Positions 34,328 through 50,319 of a DNA stretch of 64,000 nt are shown here, piece after piece. The DNA is taken from the NCBI RefSeq assembly GCF_009914755.1, contig NC_060926.1; one strand, given 5' to 3'. Below the pieces are notes generated by a model. It had not been told where the DNA came from. It worked only from the letters and a program-made list of their open reading frames with translations, and did no database searches. The translations under genes were made by a program, and so were the position numbers. Within the stretch, counting starts at the first letter, position 1; every line of letters starts with the position of its first letter. Origin of the DNA: the human T2T-CHM13v2.0 reference genome, Homo sapiens.

Positions 34328-35601
34328 ATAGGTGAGGAAGAAATATTTCCTAACTCATTTGATGAGGCCAGTATCACTACCCAGATACCAACACAATACA
34401 AAGATATCAGAAGTAGGAAAAACTATCAACTAAAATCTCTCATAAAAATAGATGCAAAAACTCTTTAAAAATAATACTAGCAAACTGAATACATAAACAT
34501 ATATTTTTAAGTACACACCATGACAAAGTGGGAATTACCCCAGGAAAGTAAGGTTAGATTAGCATCTTAAAATATATTAATATTACATACCATATTAATA
34601 GAATAAAGAATAAAAATCGCATGATTATGTCAATATAGGAAAATCATTTGACAAAATCCATGATAAAATAAAAAGAACTTTCCACAAAGTAGAAAAAAGC
34701 AGAACTTCTTCAACCTTATAAAGAGCTTTTCTCAAGAAACCTGTATCTATGTGATATTTGATGGTGAAAGACTGAGATCAGAAACAAGACAAGCATGTCC
34801 ATTCTTAACACTTCTATTGAAAATTTTACTGAAAGTTATAGCCAGGGATAGACCAGAAAAAAATAATAAAAGGCATCCAGACTGGGAAAAAAAGAAATAA
34901 AACTGTCCTTAATCACAGAAGATGTGTGTAGAAAATCTGATGGAATCTATTTTAAAAAACTTGCTAGAACTAATGAGTAAGTTTAGGAAGGTTGCAGGAT
35001 ATAAAACCAATATAAAAAATCAATTGTATTTGATATGCTAGCAATGAACAATCTAAAATGATATTAAGGAAAAAAATTGCACTCACAATACAATAAAAAA
35101 TAATAAAACACTTGGGAAAATATCAACAAAAGAAGTGTAAGACTCATACACTGAGAATTTCGAAACAATGTTTTGTGAATATCTAAATAAATGGAGAAAT
35201 ATGTTATGTTCCTGGGTCAGAAAACTCAGTATTGTTCAGATGGCAATTCTACCCAAATTTACCTACAAATTCAAATGCAATCCCTACCAAAACTCCAGTT
35301 AGGATTTTGTAGAAATTAGCAAGTTGATTCCAAAATATATATTAAGATGCAAAGGATGTAGACTAGCCAATGTAAGTTTGAAAAAAAACCCACAATTCAT
35401 ATTACTTCACTTCAAAATTTACTGTAAAACTAGAGTAATCAACTCAGGGCGGTATTGGCATACAGACAGACATGTTGGTCAATGGAACAGAATAGAGAGT
35501 ACAAAAATAAACCTTTACATTTATGGACAATTGATTTTTGACAGTGGTGCAAAGGCAATCCCCGTAGAAAAGACAGCTTTTTTTCAACAGATAATGTTTA
35601 T

Positions 35602-35973
35602 TGATATGGTTTGGCTGTGTCCCCACACAGATTTCATCTTGAATTATAGTTTTCATAATCCCCATGTGTCATGGGAGGGACCCGGTGGGAGGTAATTGAA
35701 TCATGGGGGCAGTTACCCTCATGCTGTTCTCATGATAGTGAGTGAGTTCTCATGAGATCTGGTGGTTTTATAAGGGCCTTTCCCCTTTTTGCTTGACACT
35801 TCTCCTTGCTGCCACCACGTGAAGAAGGATGTGTTTGCTTCCCTTTCTACCAGATTGTAAGTTTCCTGAGGCCTCCCCAGCCATGCTGAACTGAGTCAAT
35901 TAAACCTCTTTCCATTATAAATTACCTAATCTTTGGTATGTCTTTATTAGCAGCGTAAGAATGGACTAATATA
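35602..35973 (-). mobile_element. THE1 MaLR solo LTR
   Basis: tgatatggtttggctgtgtccccac...agcagcgtaagaatggactaatata. Confidence 0.88.
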
Positions 35974-36034
35974 GAATTGAATTGATATACAATAAATGAC
36001 TTTAGACCTTTATCTCACATCATACACAAAATTA

Positions 36035-36688
36035 TTATTTTTTGCCTTTTTAATTTGTATTTTTATTTAATATTTTTTATTTCAATAGCTTTTGGGGTAC
36101 AAGTGGTTTTTGGTTGCATGGATGAATTGTACAGTGATGAAATCTGAGATTTTAATGCAAGCGTCACCTGAGTAATATACGTTGTACCAAATATGTAGCT
36201 TTTTGTCACTTGCCCTCCCTCCTACCCTCCCCCTTCTGAGTCTCCATAGTCCATTATATCACTCTGTATGCCTTTGCATACCCATAGCTTAGCTCCCACT
36301 GGTAAGCGAGAACATGCAATATTTGGCTTTCTATTCCTGAGTTATTTCACTTAGAATTATGGCCGCCGGCTCCATCAAAGTTGCTGCAGAAAACATTATT
36401 TTATTCTTGCTTATGGCTGAGTCGTATTTATGGTATATATATACCTTATTTTCCTTATCCACTTATTGGTTGATGAGCACTTAGGTTAGTTCCTTATCTT
36501 TGCAGTTGTGAATTGTGCTGCAATGAATATATGCATGCAGGTGTCTTTTTTATAATGATTTTTTTTCCTTTGGGTAGATACTCAGAAATGGGATTGTTGG
36601 ATCGAATGGTAGCTCTACTTTTAATTTTTAAAGAAATCTCCATACTGTTTTCTATAGAGGTTGTACTAATTTACATTCCCACCAGCAG
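36035..36688 (-). mobile_element. L1PB/L1MA 3' end, antisense
   Basis: T-rich tail then ttttggggtacaagtggtttttggttgcatggatgaattg...ttgtactaatttacattcccaccagcag. Confidence 0.8.
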
Positions 36689-37787
36689 ATATACACAAAA
36701 ATTAATTTAAATGGACCATAAGCTTCCATGTAAGAACTAAAACTATAAAACTTCTTTAAAAGATAGAAGAAAAATCTTTGTGGCCTTGAATTAGGTAAAA
36801 AAAAGATTTTTAGATTTGACATCAAAAATATGATTCATAAAAGAAAATATTGATAAATTATACTTCAACAAAATTTAAAACTTTTCTTCTTCAAAAGACA
36901 GCATTAAGAAAGTAAACAGATAAACTATACACTTGGAGAAAATATTTGCAAATGGTTTATTTGATCAAGGATTTATATACAGATAATGCAAAGAATTTGA
37001 ACAGCTCAATAGTTAGAAGCTAATTAAAAATGTGTAAAGGATTTTAGTAGACATATCACCTAAGAAGATATATAAATGGCTAACACATGAAAAATGTTCC
37101 AAATAATTAATCATTAGGGAAATGCAACTAAAACCAGAATAACGTACATTCAGTTCATACCCACTAAAATGCCTATAATTAAGAGATTGACAATACCAAG
37201 TATTGACAAGTATGTGTTGGTAAGATTTTAAAATGACATAGTCATTTGGAAAATAGTTTGAAAGTGTGTTAAAAAGTTAAACCTGTACTTAACAAACGAT
37301 CCATCAATTTCACTCCTAAGTATCTATGAAGAGAATTGAAGGTTTATGTCTACCTAAAAGCGTACATGGGGGTGTTTGAAGCCACATTATTCATAATAAG
37401 TAAAAACTGAAAATAATTCAAATATCCATTAACTGGTGCATAGATAAAGTAAACTATCCATTAACTGGTGCATAGTAGATCTGTACAATGGAATCCCTAG
37501 CAGCAGCGAACCAAGGCTTCAAAGTTCCCTAGTGGTTTCTTTGCCCTCACTGCTGCATGCCACAAAAAGACCATGCTATGAAAAGACCAACATCTCCAAG
37601 CATAGCTGTAGATGACTTTGCTTTCACTTCTGGTTACAACTGAACTTACTCATTCTTTGTCTTCTAAAGAAGCCATTCATTTCTTGAGAACTTTTCTGGT
37701 GTTTGGTTCCAGAATCTGTCTTTTAGATGACAATTTTTTTTCTTCAGAGTTAGACACAGACTCCATGGCATTTTACTATATTTATAG

Positions 37788-38185
<398 letters not shown>

Positions 38186-38518
38186 GAATTTGATTTTATT
38201 ATACCAATATTATCTTCTCCCCCTCCCACAGTTCCCCAAACACTTCTCTACACACTCTGGTCTGGCACAGTTTCAAATTTGTGGAGTTGATATCTGGGGC
38301 TCCTACTGGAAGGAGGATAAAAACAGAAGGAATTTGGCACGGGGCTCCTCCATCTTCCACGCATGCGGCATTTGTTCTGAGAATGTCAGCTCCCTCACAG
38401 TGCATGTCAGAATGGCATGCCAGCATGGGCCTCTGGTCTAGCACACAGAAAGGGTGAAGAGTACACATGGTGACCATTGTCACTTTGCAGATTTCCTGCC
38501 TCCCACTCACATGTCTGA

Positions 38519-38888
<370 letters not shown>

Positions 38889-39764
38889 GGGAAAATAAGT
38901 TTTCAATAGAGAATTTTCTATTAAGGAAGAGAGTGTTCTTTCAGCAAAGACAGGCTTTAGCCACACCTGTTTTTATAAGGATTTGAGGGGAGGGAAATAT
39001 GCCAAGAGACAACTTCAGAAGTTTATAAAGACAAGAGCGACCTCTCCAAAACAGCTAGGAGAGTGGGTCTTTAGTGGTGAGGTCTTCATCTCTGTCTGAT
39101 CTCTCTAGGCTGAAGGAAAGATGTGAATTTGCTGTGAAGGGATATTCTCCTCAAGGACACTTACCATCTGTTTCCTGGGGATAGGAAGGTAAGTCATCAG
39201 TGTCAAGAACCTTACTGGTAAAACAATAAAACAATGTATTCATTCGGATTTGTGCTCTTTAAGTGAGAGGGGTTCTAGAACAGCCTTTCTGTCTGGACCC
39301 CTTGATGGTAAACCATCCCGTGTGAGGTCTGCTCTTTACTGTGTGGACGAGGCCAGGGCTGTTATTTGACATCCGTGGCCACAGCCCACAGTCTAACGTC
39401 GGCCAGCTCCGGTGTGATTGTACTTAGTACATCAGTAGTCATGAGAAAACTGGCTAAGAAAACACAGAGCTTCAACTGGAACAAAATATTATACGTGCAA
39501 CACCCATGACCGTGTGGCTGTTTTATCCCCATTGCTCCTTTCTTTTCTGCAGAAGGTTCTTTTTAAATTTTAACGTATATTTGTCCAATTGTTTGGTAAT
39601 GCATTTCCATGTTTTCAGAAATAGTGAATCAAATCTGGACTGGAACAACACTCCCTCACTTACCTCCTGCACCCAGCGCCTGCCTCGCTGTGGGAATGCC
39701 CCATCCTTGGTGTCTTAAAATTTGCAGAGCTTCTTTACTTGTACATAAGACATGTGCATATACA

Positions 39765-40483
<719 letters not shown>

Positions 40484-41204
40484 CCTAAAAACTTCAAAAA
40501 TAAATGTGTATCTTATTGTCCCAAATGTTTCACACACCAAAAAACCATTCTTTTCTAAACCTTGTTTTTCTTTTCATTGAACAATAATTTTTGGAGAGCT
40601 TTCCAAAGCAGCACATACAGAAATTCATTTTTTGTAGCTCTATAGTATTTTATCTTTGCACAATTTATTTCAAAGCCTCTATTGAGGGACACGTGGACTG
40701 TTTACAATGCTTTACTATTATTAAAAAAAAAGAATGCTGCAGTGAATTACCTTACACATATATCTTTTGTGTTGTATCTATGGAATAAATTCCTAGAAAT
40801 AGAATTGGGAGAGATATACATTTGCAATAAATATCACCAGACTGTCCTTTGTAGGCTTTGGCTTATCACTTTATAGCGTAAAAATTTTTATAAGATATAT
40901 CCTTACCTCATACCATATAAAAAATTAACTCAAAATGAAACAAAAGCCTACATGTAAGAGAATACACAGGGATAAATCCTGATGATCTCAGATTTGGCAA
41001 CGGGTTCTTTGTTCTGAGAATCCTGACTCCCTCACAGTGCGTGTCAGAAGCTCAAGCAACAAGAGAAAAACATAGATGAAATGAATTTCAACAAAATTTT
41101 AAACTTTTGTGCATTGAAGAACTCTATCAAAAAAGTGAAATGACAACCCACAGAATGAGAGAATATGTTTGCCAACTGTATATGTCTGTTCAGGGTCTGT
41201 CTAA

Positions 41205-41534
<330 letters not shown>

Positions 41535-42525
41535 TTAAATTCTTTATGTCTATTTGGTATCTAGTAACTGCAAGGCCAGCAGACAAGTGTTTACCTCTCT
41601 CCTTCAAGAAGGGGCATTCCCCTCCAAGGATGGGGCATTCCCACACTGAGGCAAGGCTGGGTGCAGGAGGCAAGTGAGGGAGACTTGTTCCCGTCCACGT
41701 TTGATTCACTGTTTCCAAAAACATGGAAATGCATTATCAAACAATTGTACAAATATACGTCAAGTTGCCTGGAATTCTCCTTTCGTGTGCAGACAGGCTG
41801 ATCCAAGTCTGTGCCTCCATCTACCTTCTATATAACTCTCACACACCAAACCAATATTTCCCTTATCCTAAATCAACCCAAGGCCAGGTTCCAGGCAACT
41901 AGAGACCACCCCCTATAGCCCAGGCTCACCCATGTTATTCAAAGTAGCCAGTCCTAAACTGATGGCCCGGCCCTGCCTTGCCTTTCCTGCAGAAACTCCA
42001 GTAAGGGCTGTGGCCCACGCCTTCTCACTCATCTTTTGCCTCTTGACCATCCTAACGCTTTCTCTGTGGCCCTGCGTGTTGTGGCATGTCCCCTCCTCTC
42101 AGGAACTGTAAGAAAACTTCTTTCAGTAACATTGGCCTCTCCACATCATCATTCAGTCACTTCCATAAACTAAAATCCTGCTGTTACAATTGAGACAATA
42201 TATATATTGTCTCAATATATAAAGAACATATAATATATAAAGAATAGTATAATATCTTATATATATATTCCTTATAATATAAAGAATAGTATAATATATA
42301 AAGAATAGTCACAACTCAACAATAAAAACACAACCCAAATCAAACATGAGCAAAGATCTTGAACAGACAGTTCTCCAAGGAGGATATACAAATGGCCAGC
42401 AAGTCCAGGAAAAAGATGCCCAACACCATTAATCATCAGGGAAATGCAAACCAAAACCACCATGATGCGAACAATATGAATGTCATGAAGGCCGCTGAGC
42501 TGTACAATTAAAAATGCCTCAGATA

Positions 42526-42812
42526 GGCCAGGTGCAGTAGTTCACACCTGTAATCCCCGCTCTTTTGGAGGCCGAAGTGAAAGGATTCCTTGAGCCCAGG
42601 AGTTCAAGACCAGCCTGGGCAACATGGGGAGAACCCAGCTCTACAAAAAATAAAAAATTAGCTGGGTGTAGTGGTACATGCCAGTAGTCCCAGCTATTCG
42701 GAAGGCTGAGGTGGGAGGATCACTGGGGCCTGGGAGGTTGAGCTGCAGTGAGCTGTGACTGCACCGCTGCACTCCAGCCTGGGCAAGAGTGAGACTGTCT
42801 CACAACAACAAC
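42526..42812 (+). mobile_element. AluJ
   Basis: ttgagcccaggagttcaagaccagcctgggcaac; gaggtgggaggatcac. Confidence 0.85.
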
Positions 42813-42881
42813 GACAGGCTAAAATTATAACTTTCATGTGCTGCCTATTTTACCACAGTAAGAAAACAATCATTAAAGCGT

Positions 42882-43946
42882 TGTGTTGGTCAGGGTTCTC
42901 CAGAGAAATAGAACCAGTAGAATTTGTTTGTTTGCTTGTTTATAAGCTATTGATTGGCTCATCTAGAACCAGAAATAACATTTGACCCAGCAATCCCATT
43001 ACTGGGTATATTATAAATCATTTTACTATAAAGACACATGCACACGTGTGTTTACTGCAGCACTATTTACAATAGTAAAGATTCGGAACCAACCCAAATG
43101 CCCATCAATGACAGACTGGATAAAGAAAATGTGAGACATATATATCATGGAATACTATGCAGCCATGAAAAAGAATGAGTTCATGTCTTTGGAGGGTCAT
43201 GGATAAAGCTGGAAACCATCATTCTCAGCAAACTAACATAGGAACAAAAAACTAAACACCACATGTCTCACTCATGAGTGGGAGTTGAACAATAAGAACA
43301 CATGGACACAGGGAGGGGAACATCACACACCAGGGCCTATTGGGGGTGGGGGGAAAGGGGAGGGAGAGCATTAGGAGAAATACCTAATGCATGTGGGGCT
43401 TAAAACCTAGATGACAGGTTGATAGGTGCAGCAAACCACCATGGCACATGTATACCTACGTAGCAAACCTGCATGTTCTATGCATATATCCCAGAATTTA
43501 AGTAAAATTAAATTAAATTAAATTAAAAAGATATTGATTGGATACATCATTCTGGAGGCTAAGTCCCGCTGCGAACCACCTGTGAACTGGACCCCCAGGA
43601 AAGCCTGTGGTGTCCCAAAGTCCAAGAGGTGGAGAATCAATAGTGTAGATTCTAGTCCAGGTCTTAAGGCCTGAGAACCAGGAGTGGTGAGGGCTGGAGA
43701 AGATTGATGTCCCACCTCAGTAGTCAAGCAGAGTTAATTCAACCTTCCTCTGCCTTCTTGTTTTATTCAGGCCCTCGGTAGATTGATAATGCCCACCCAT
43801 GTTGACCATCTTCTTTACTCAGTCCAACCATTCAAATGTTAATCTTTTCTGGGAACACCCTCACAAACACACCAGAAATAAGGTTTAACCAACCAGCTGG
43901 GTATCCCATCACCCAGTCAAGTTGACACATAAGAGTAACTATGTCA
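42882..43946 (-). mobile_element. MLT2 (ERVL) LTR interrupted by an L1PA 3' fragment
   Basis: tgtgttggtcagggttctccagagaaatagaaccagtag...cccagtcaagttgacacataag. Confidence 0.8.
42962..43530 (+). mobile_element. 5'-truncated L1PA 3' end (older PA subfamily)
   Basis: ctagaaccagaaataacatttgacccagcaatccc...ccagaatttaagtaaaa; TSD-like attgattgg on both sides. Confidence 0.88.
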
Positions 43947-44375
43947 AGCATAGACCATAAAAACGAAACCAAAACATCACAGTGATACACCACTTCGACT
44001 TACGAGTAAGGCTGTATGAAAACAAGAAAGCCCCTAAAAAACAGAGCATAACTAATGTTGTTGAGGATGTGGAGAAACTGAGACACTCATACATTGCTGG
44101 TGGAAAGGAAAAATGGTGCAGCCACTGTAGAACAGCTGGGCAGTTCCTCAAAACATTAAATACTGAGTTACCATTCGATCCAGCAATTCTACTCCCAGGT
44201 ATATATCCAGGAGAAATAAAAACGTGTCCACACAAAAACTTGAACACGAACATTCGCAGCAGCACTATTCATAATAGCCAAAAGGTGGAAACAACCCGAA
44301 CACCCAACAACTAGTGAATAGATCAACAAAATATAGTTTGTCCACACAATGGAATATTATTTGGTCATAGAAATA

Positions 44376-44716
<341 letters not shown>

Positions 44717-44949
44717 TCAGCAATTACACTCCCAGAAGTCATGCCTCAAATGCACTTTTCTGTCTTCTAGGTCTTTTCTCCTCTCTGTCCTAATCTCCTC
44801 TCCATGCCTCAAGTGATGCCAATAAATGGGTAATAATTCCCTTAAACTCCGTGGAATTAATTTCTTTTTGACTACAGGAATTCACAGTTCAAAACAAAAT
44901 AACCCCAGATTCCTTAATAAATAGAAACCTTAAAGTTCCTTCTAAAAAG

Positions 44950-45200
44950 ATTCACGGCTATAAAAGTAATAAATGAATCGCCCAAAATATCGCGCTGTGG
45001 GTCGGGTTAATAACCCTATTGGACAGGAGCTGGCATTACTCGGTTTGGGCGGCCGAGCCCAGACATCAGCATATGTGCTACCGTAGTACCCTCTTCTGGC
45101 CGAATACAAAATCAAGTTTATGGGGCCGCTTTTAGTCAAGTTTTCCATAGCTGCTTACAAGCACCGAGTTTCCTGCGACTTCCTGTTTATCGCCTCTGCT
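44950..45200. promoter_or_regulatory. Candidate regulatory element: small CpG cluster outside recognised repeats
   Basis: About 14 CpGs in ~240 bp, ATTGG (CCAAT) at 45018-45022, two TTCCTG ETS-type cores at ~45169-45186. Confidence 0.4.
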
Positions 45201-45714
45201 CTCCTCAAGTTCTCAGCTTTTTCTTGCATCAGCTAGGCTTGCCTCCTCCTCCTCAGGGAAGATCAGGATCCCCTGATATTCCTAATCTCAGCTCCCAAGA
45301 TTTGCCCCTTGCACTACCCTGTTTCCTGGCTGTTTGCACCATAGCCTCCCACCTTGAGTAAGTCTAGTTCCATCTGTTCTCTCTTATCTATCTGCCTCCG
45401 TACTGGCCATTTACCATATGCCCACATTGCATCTGGGCCTCTGCACTCATGACCTACCTGCCGTTCCCTCACTCACTGCCCCATCTCACCTGCACTTGCC
45501 TGAGCACTCTCCGTTGATTCCTTGATCCAGGGTTTTATAAAATGAGGTCTGTGGACAATCTACATTCTCTCCACCTGGCTGCTTGCTACCTGAGCTCCCT
45601 GAATCAGACCTTCTGGAATCCTGGAACCCGCATTTATAATAAATACCCTGAATAATTTTTATGTACATGCACACACATACACACAAACACACACACAACA
45701 TAAAAACCACCCTG

Positions 45715-46102
<388 letters not shown>

Positions 46103-46738
46103 CTAAAGATTTAAATGCAAAAGACTCAGATTGGCTTTCAAGGCTTTTGGTAAATTGTTTTATATATTTTTTGTCCTTTCCTGTAAGAGGATTATATTTC
46201 CCCTTTCCCAGGGATGGCAGGCATGGCCAAGTGACTTGCTTTGGCCAATGAAACGTGAACAGCTGTAACATGTGCCACAGTCAAGCGGACACTACGAAAA
46301 CCATTGAACAGTTCTCCCATATTTTCTTTCCCTTGGCCAGAATTGATGATAACCCAGATCGAAGCTGCTTCTGCAGCCTGACCCCAGAACAAAGGAGCCA
46401 TGGAGCAGAGCTACAGATACCCACAAGGGAAATGTAATGTAAGAGAGAAATAAGCTTGTAGTATTGCTGTGATTTGGAGAGTCCTTTGTTACTGCAGTTT
46501 AACTGCCTAAGCCGACTGATACACAGTATTTCACAATTTGCTTTTCTAACTCTATTTCCCATTATTCCCTAACACTTATTCCAACTCCTGCCAGACTGAA
46601 CTACTTGCTTTTCCCCAAAGACCAACAAATTTCTCCAACTCGATGCAGTTATTTGCTTCCTATCTCCTGCCTGCCAACAATACCTCTCAAAGTTTAATTT
46701 CAACCTTCAAGTTCATCTCAAGCGCTACTTTCTCTGTG

Positions 46739-46906
46739 CAGGGGTGTCTGATCTTTTGGCTTCCTGGGCCACACATAAGATACACTAACACTAATGATGA
46801 CTGGTGAGCTAAAAAAAAAAAAAAAAAATCTCATAATGTCTAAAGAGAGTTTATGAATTTGTGTTGGCCCACATGCAGCCTGCGGTACACAAGCTAGACA
46901 AGCTTG
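46739..46906. mobile_element. MER30-like hAT MITE
   Basis: caggggtgtctgatcttttggcttcctgggccacac...gctagacaagcttgg. Confidence 0.75.
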
Positions 46907-47034
46907 GTAAAAAGCCCTTCCCCATTCCTTTGATGCCAACTACTGTAACCTATGTTTATTGTTTTTACATATTTTCTTATCACCTCCGCCAAGAAAAAAA
47001 TCATAAACTCCTTGACATTAAAGACTATCTTATT

Positions 47035-47330
47035 GGCCAAGTGCAGTCTCTCACACCTGTAATCCCAGCACTTTGGGAGGCCGAGACAGGCGGGATCACT
47101 TGAACTCAGGAGTTCGAGACCAGCCTGGCCAACATGGTGAAACTATGTCTACTAAAAATACAAAAATTAACCAAGAATGGTAATGTGCTTCTGTAATCTA
47201 AGCTACTTGGGAGGCTGAAGCAGGAGAATCACTTGAAACCCAGGAAGTGGAGGTTGCAGTTAGCCGAGATCACACCACTGCACTCCAGCCTGGGAGACAG
47301 AGCAAGACTCTGTCTCAAAAAAAAAAAAAA
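47035..47330 (+). mobile_element. AluS
   Basis: Dimer; TSD aaagactatctta. Confidence 0.9.
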
Positions 47331-47559
47331 GACTATCTTACTCACCACTGTATTCCTTGAAGCTTTGCAAATAGTAGGTATCCACTCAAATATTTATCAA
47401 ATTAGCACATTCAATTAGAGAACTGCTGTTTAATATGTTTACTTTTTTACAGGAAGATTTTAAAGAACATTTAACATACTCATTGGGGAAGCAAAATTAA
47501 GATACAAGAAGAATTAAAAATCATAGCAAATAGCAAAGATTCCTACTGAGTAAAATATG

Positions 47560-47874
<315 letters not shown>

Positions 47875-48601
47875 TCAAAGTTTAATGAATCTCTTTCTCT
47901 CTCTCTCTCTCTCTCTCTGTAAAAATAAGCATGTCTTGACCTTCATCTCTCTCCCTGGATATACTCAACAGATCTTAAAGTAAAACTTCACCAAAGGGAA
48001 ACAATGTGTCACACGACTCACGAGTTACAACCCCTATTGTTACAGTCCATATGCTAAAAGCAAGGATTTTTCTAATTATGGAACAAATTAGCTTATGTAA
48101 ATTCTTAGGCGTAGGAAAAATGTATTTCCCTGCTTATGATTAAAAGCCAACAAAATATAATTCCAATTTTAAAACAAATCCCCTTACCAAACCCCAACAG
48201 CAAAGTGCTGCCCCTACAAACCTCACAGCAAATAGAGAGTCCTTATTCTCAGTGACTAGCAGCTGCCTCTTTTCTCACTCCTCTCCAGCTTCAATTAACC
48301 TAATGCCCTCTGAGACATTTTGGCAGTAATTGCAAAGCTTCTTCCGGTTTGGGAATCTAATTTAATTAGATTGGCGAGACTTGATTTTAGATGTTTCTCC
48401 TCAATACCAATTCAAAACTTAATACTTACTTTGCTTTTGTTTCCTGGTAATAACTGGTTTACGGCCCTGAGAAGAAAAACTGGGGCCAATAAAACAAGCT
48501 GGATTAGCCTGGTTCTTCACTGACTCCACAATTGGCCTACCATTTGTGCAAAGTCCACTCCAGGAGAAAAATGCTTTGAAGGTGGGACTCTAACATCCTA
48601 A

Positions 48602-49702
48602 TGTGTCCGGACTCAGTGGGTTCTCGGTCTCACTGACTTCCAGAATGAAGCCGTGGCTCCTCGCGGTGAGTGTTACAGTTCTTAAAGGCGGCATGTCCGG
48701 AGTTGGTTCCTTCTGATGTTCGGAGTTTCTTCCTTCTGGTGGGTTCGTGGTCTCGCCGGCTCAGGAGTGAAGCTGCGGACCTTCACCGTGAGTGTTACAG
48801 CTCATAAAGGCAGTGTGGACCCAAAGAGTGAGCAGCAGCAAGATTTATTGCAAAAAGCGAAAGAACAAAGCTCCCACAGCTCGGTAAGGGAACCCCAGCG
48901 AGTCGCCACTGGGGGCTCGGGCAGCCCGCTTTTATTCTCTTATCTGGCCCCACCCACATCCTCTGATTGGTCCATTTTACAGAGAGCGAGTGGTCTGTTT
49001 TGACAGGGCGCTGATTGGTGCGTTTACAATCCCTGAGCTAGACACAAAGGTTCTCCAAGTCCCCACCAGAGTCAGGAGCCCAGCCGGCTTCACCCAGCGG
49101 ATCCCGCACAGGGGCCACAGGTGGAGCTGCCCGCCAGTCCCGCGCCCTGCGCCCGCACTCCTCAGCCCTTGGGTAGTTGATGGGACTGGGCACCGCGGAG
49201 CAGGGGGCGCTCTGGCCACACAGGAGCCCACGGAGCTGGGAAGGATCAGGCATGGCGGGCTGCAGGTCCCGAGCCCTGCCCCGCGGGGAGGCAGCTAAGG
49301 CCCGGCGAGAAATCGAGCGCAGCGCCGGTGGGCCGGCACTGCTGGGGGACCCGGCACACCCTCCGCAGCCGCTGGCCCGGGTGCTAAGCCCCTCATTGCC
49401 CGGGGCCGGCAGGGCCTGCCGGCCGCTCCGAGTGCGGGGCCCGCCGAGCCCACACCCACCCAGAACTCGCGCTGGCCCGCAAGCACCGCGCGCAGCCCCT
49501 GTTCCCGCCCTCGCCTCTCCCTCCACACCTCCCCGCAAGCTGGGGGAGCCGCCTCCGGCCTCGGCCAGCCCAGGAAGGGGCTCCCACAGTGCAGCGGCGG
49601 GCTGAAGGGCTCCTCAAGTGCCGTCAAACTGGGAAACCAGGCAGAGGAGGCGGGGAGAGTGAGCGAGGGCTGTGACGGCTGCCAGCACGTTGTCACCTCT
49701 CA
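48602..49702 (-). mobile_element. LTR12C (ERV9) solo LTR, CpG-rich, promoter facing left
   Basis: Minus strand reads TGAGAGGTGACAACGTGCTGGCAG...TCCGGACACA; 4-bp TSD ctaa at 48598-48601 and 49703-49706; CCAAT boxes (attgg at 48967 and 49014) upstream of the AATAAAA TATA-like box at ~48930-48936. Confidence 0.93.
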
Positions 49703-50004
49703 CTAATCCAAAGACTGAAGATTAATTGTTGGCCAATATTGCTTCCTTTGTGGATCCGTATCAGTCTAGTATAGAGAACACTAGACTGACAGTCAGAAAA
49801 TGTGAATTTTGTCAGCAGCCTAGATGTTAAGAAACATGGGGCATATAAGGGTGGTCAGGTAATTTAATGTCTAAACTATGACACTTTTGAAACTGAAAGG
49901 GGCACTATTCATGATTGTCCTAGGACAGCAGGTAGAAACTGGGACTGTCCTTGGCAAACCCGGACACCTGGTCACCCTAGAGACCCTTGAAAAATGATGC
50001 TGTG

Positions 50005-50319
<315 letters not shown>

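Noticed and set aside
48716-49696. Cluster of overlapping Pro/Ala/Arg-rich ORFs
   Set aside because: Typical stop-poor frames of GC-rich LTR12C
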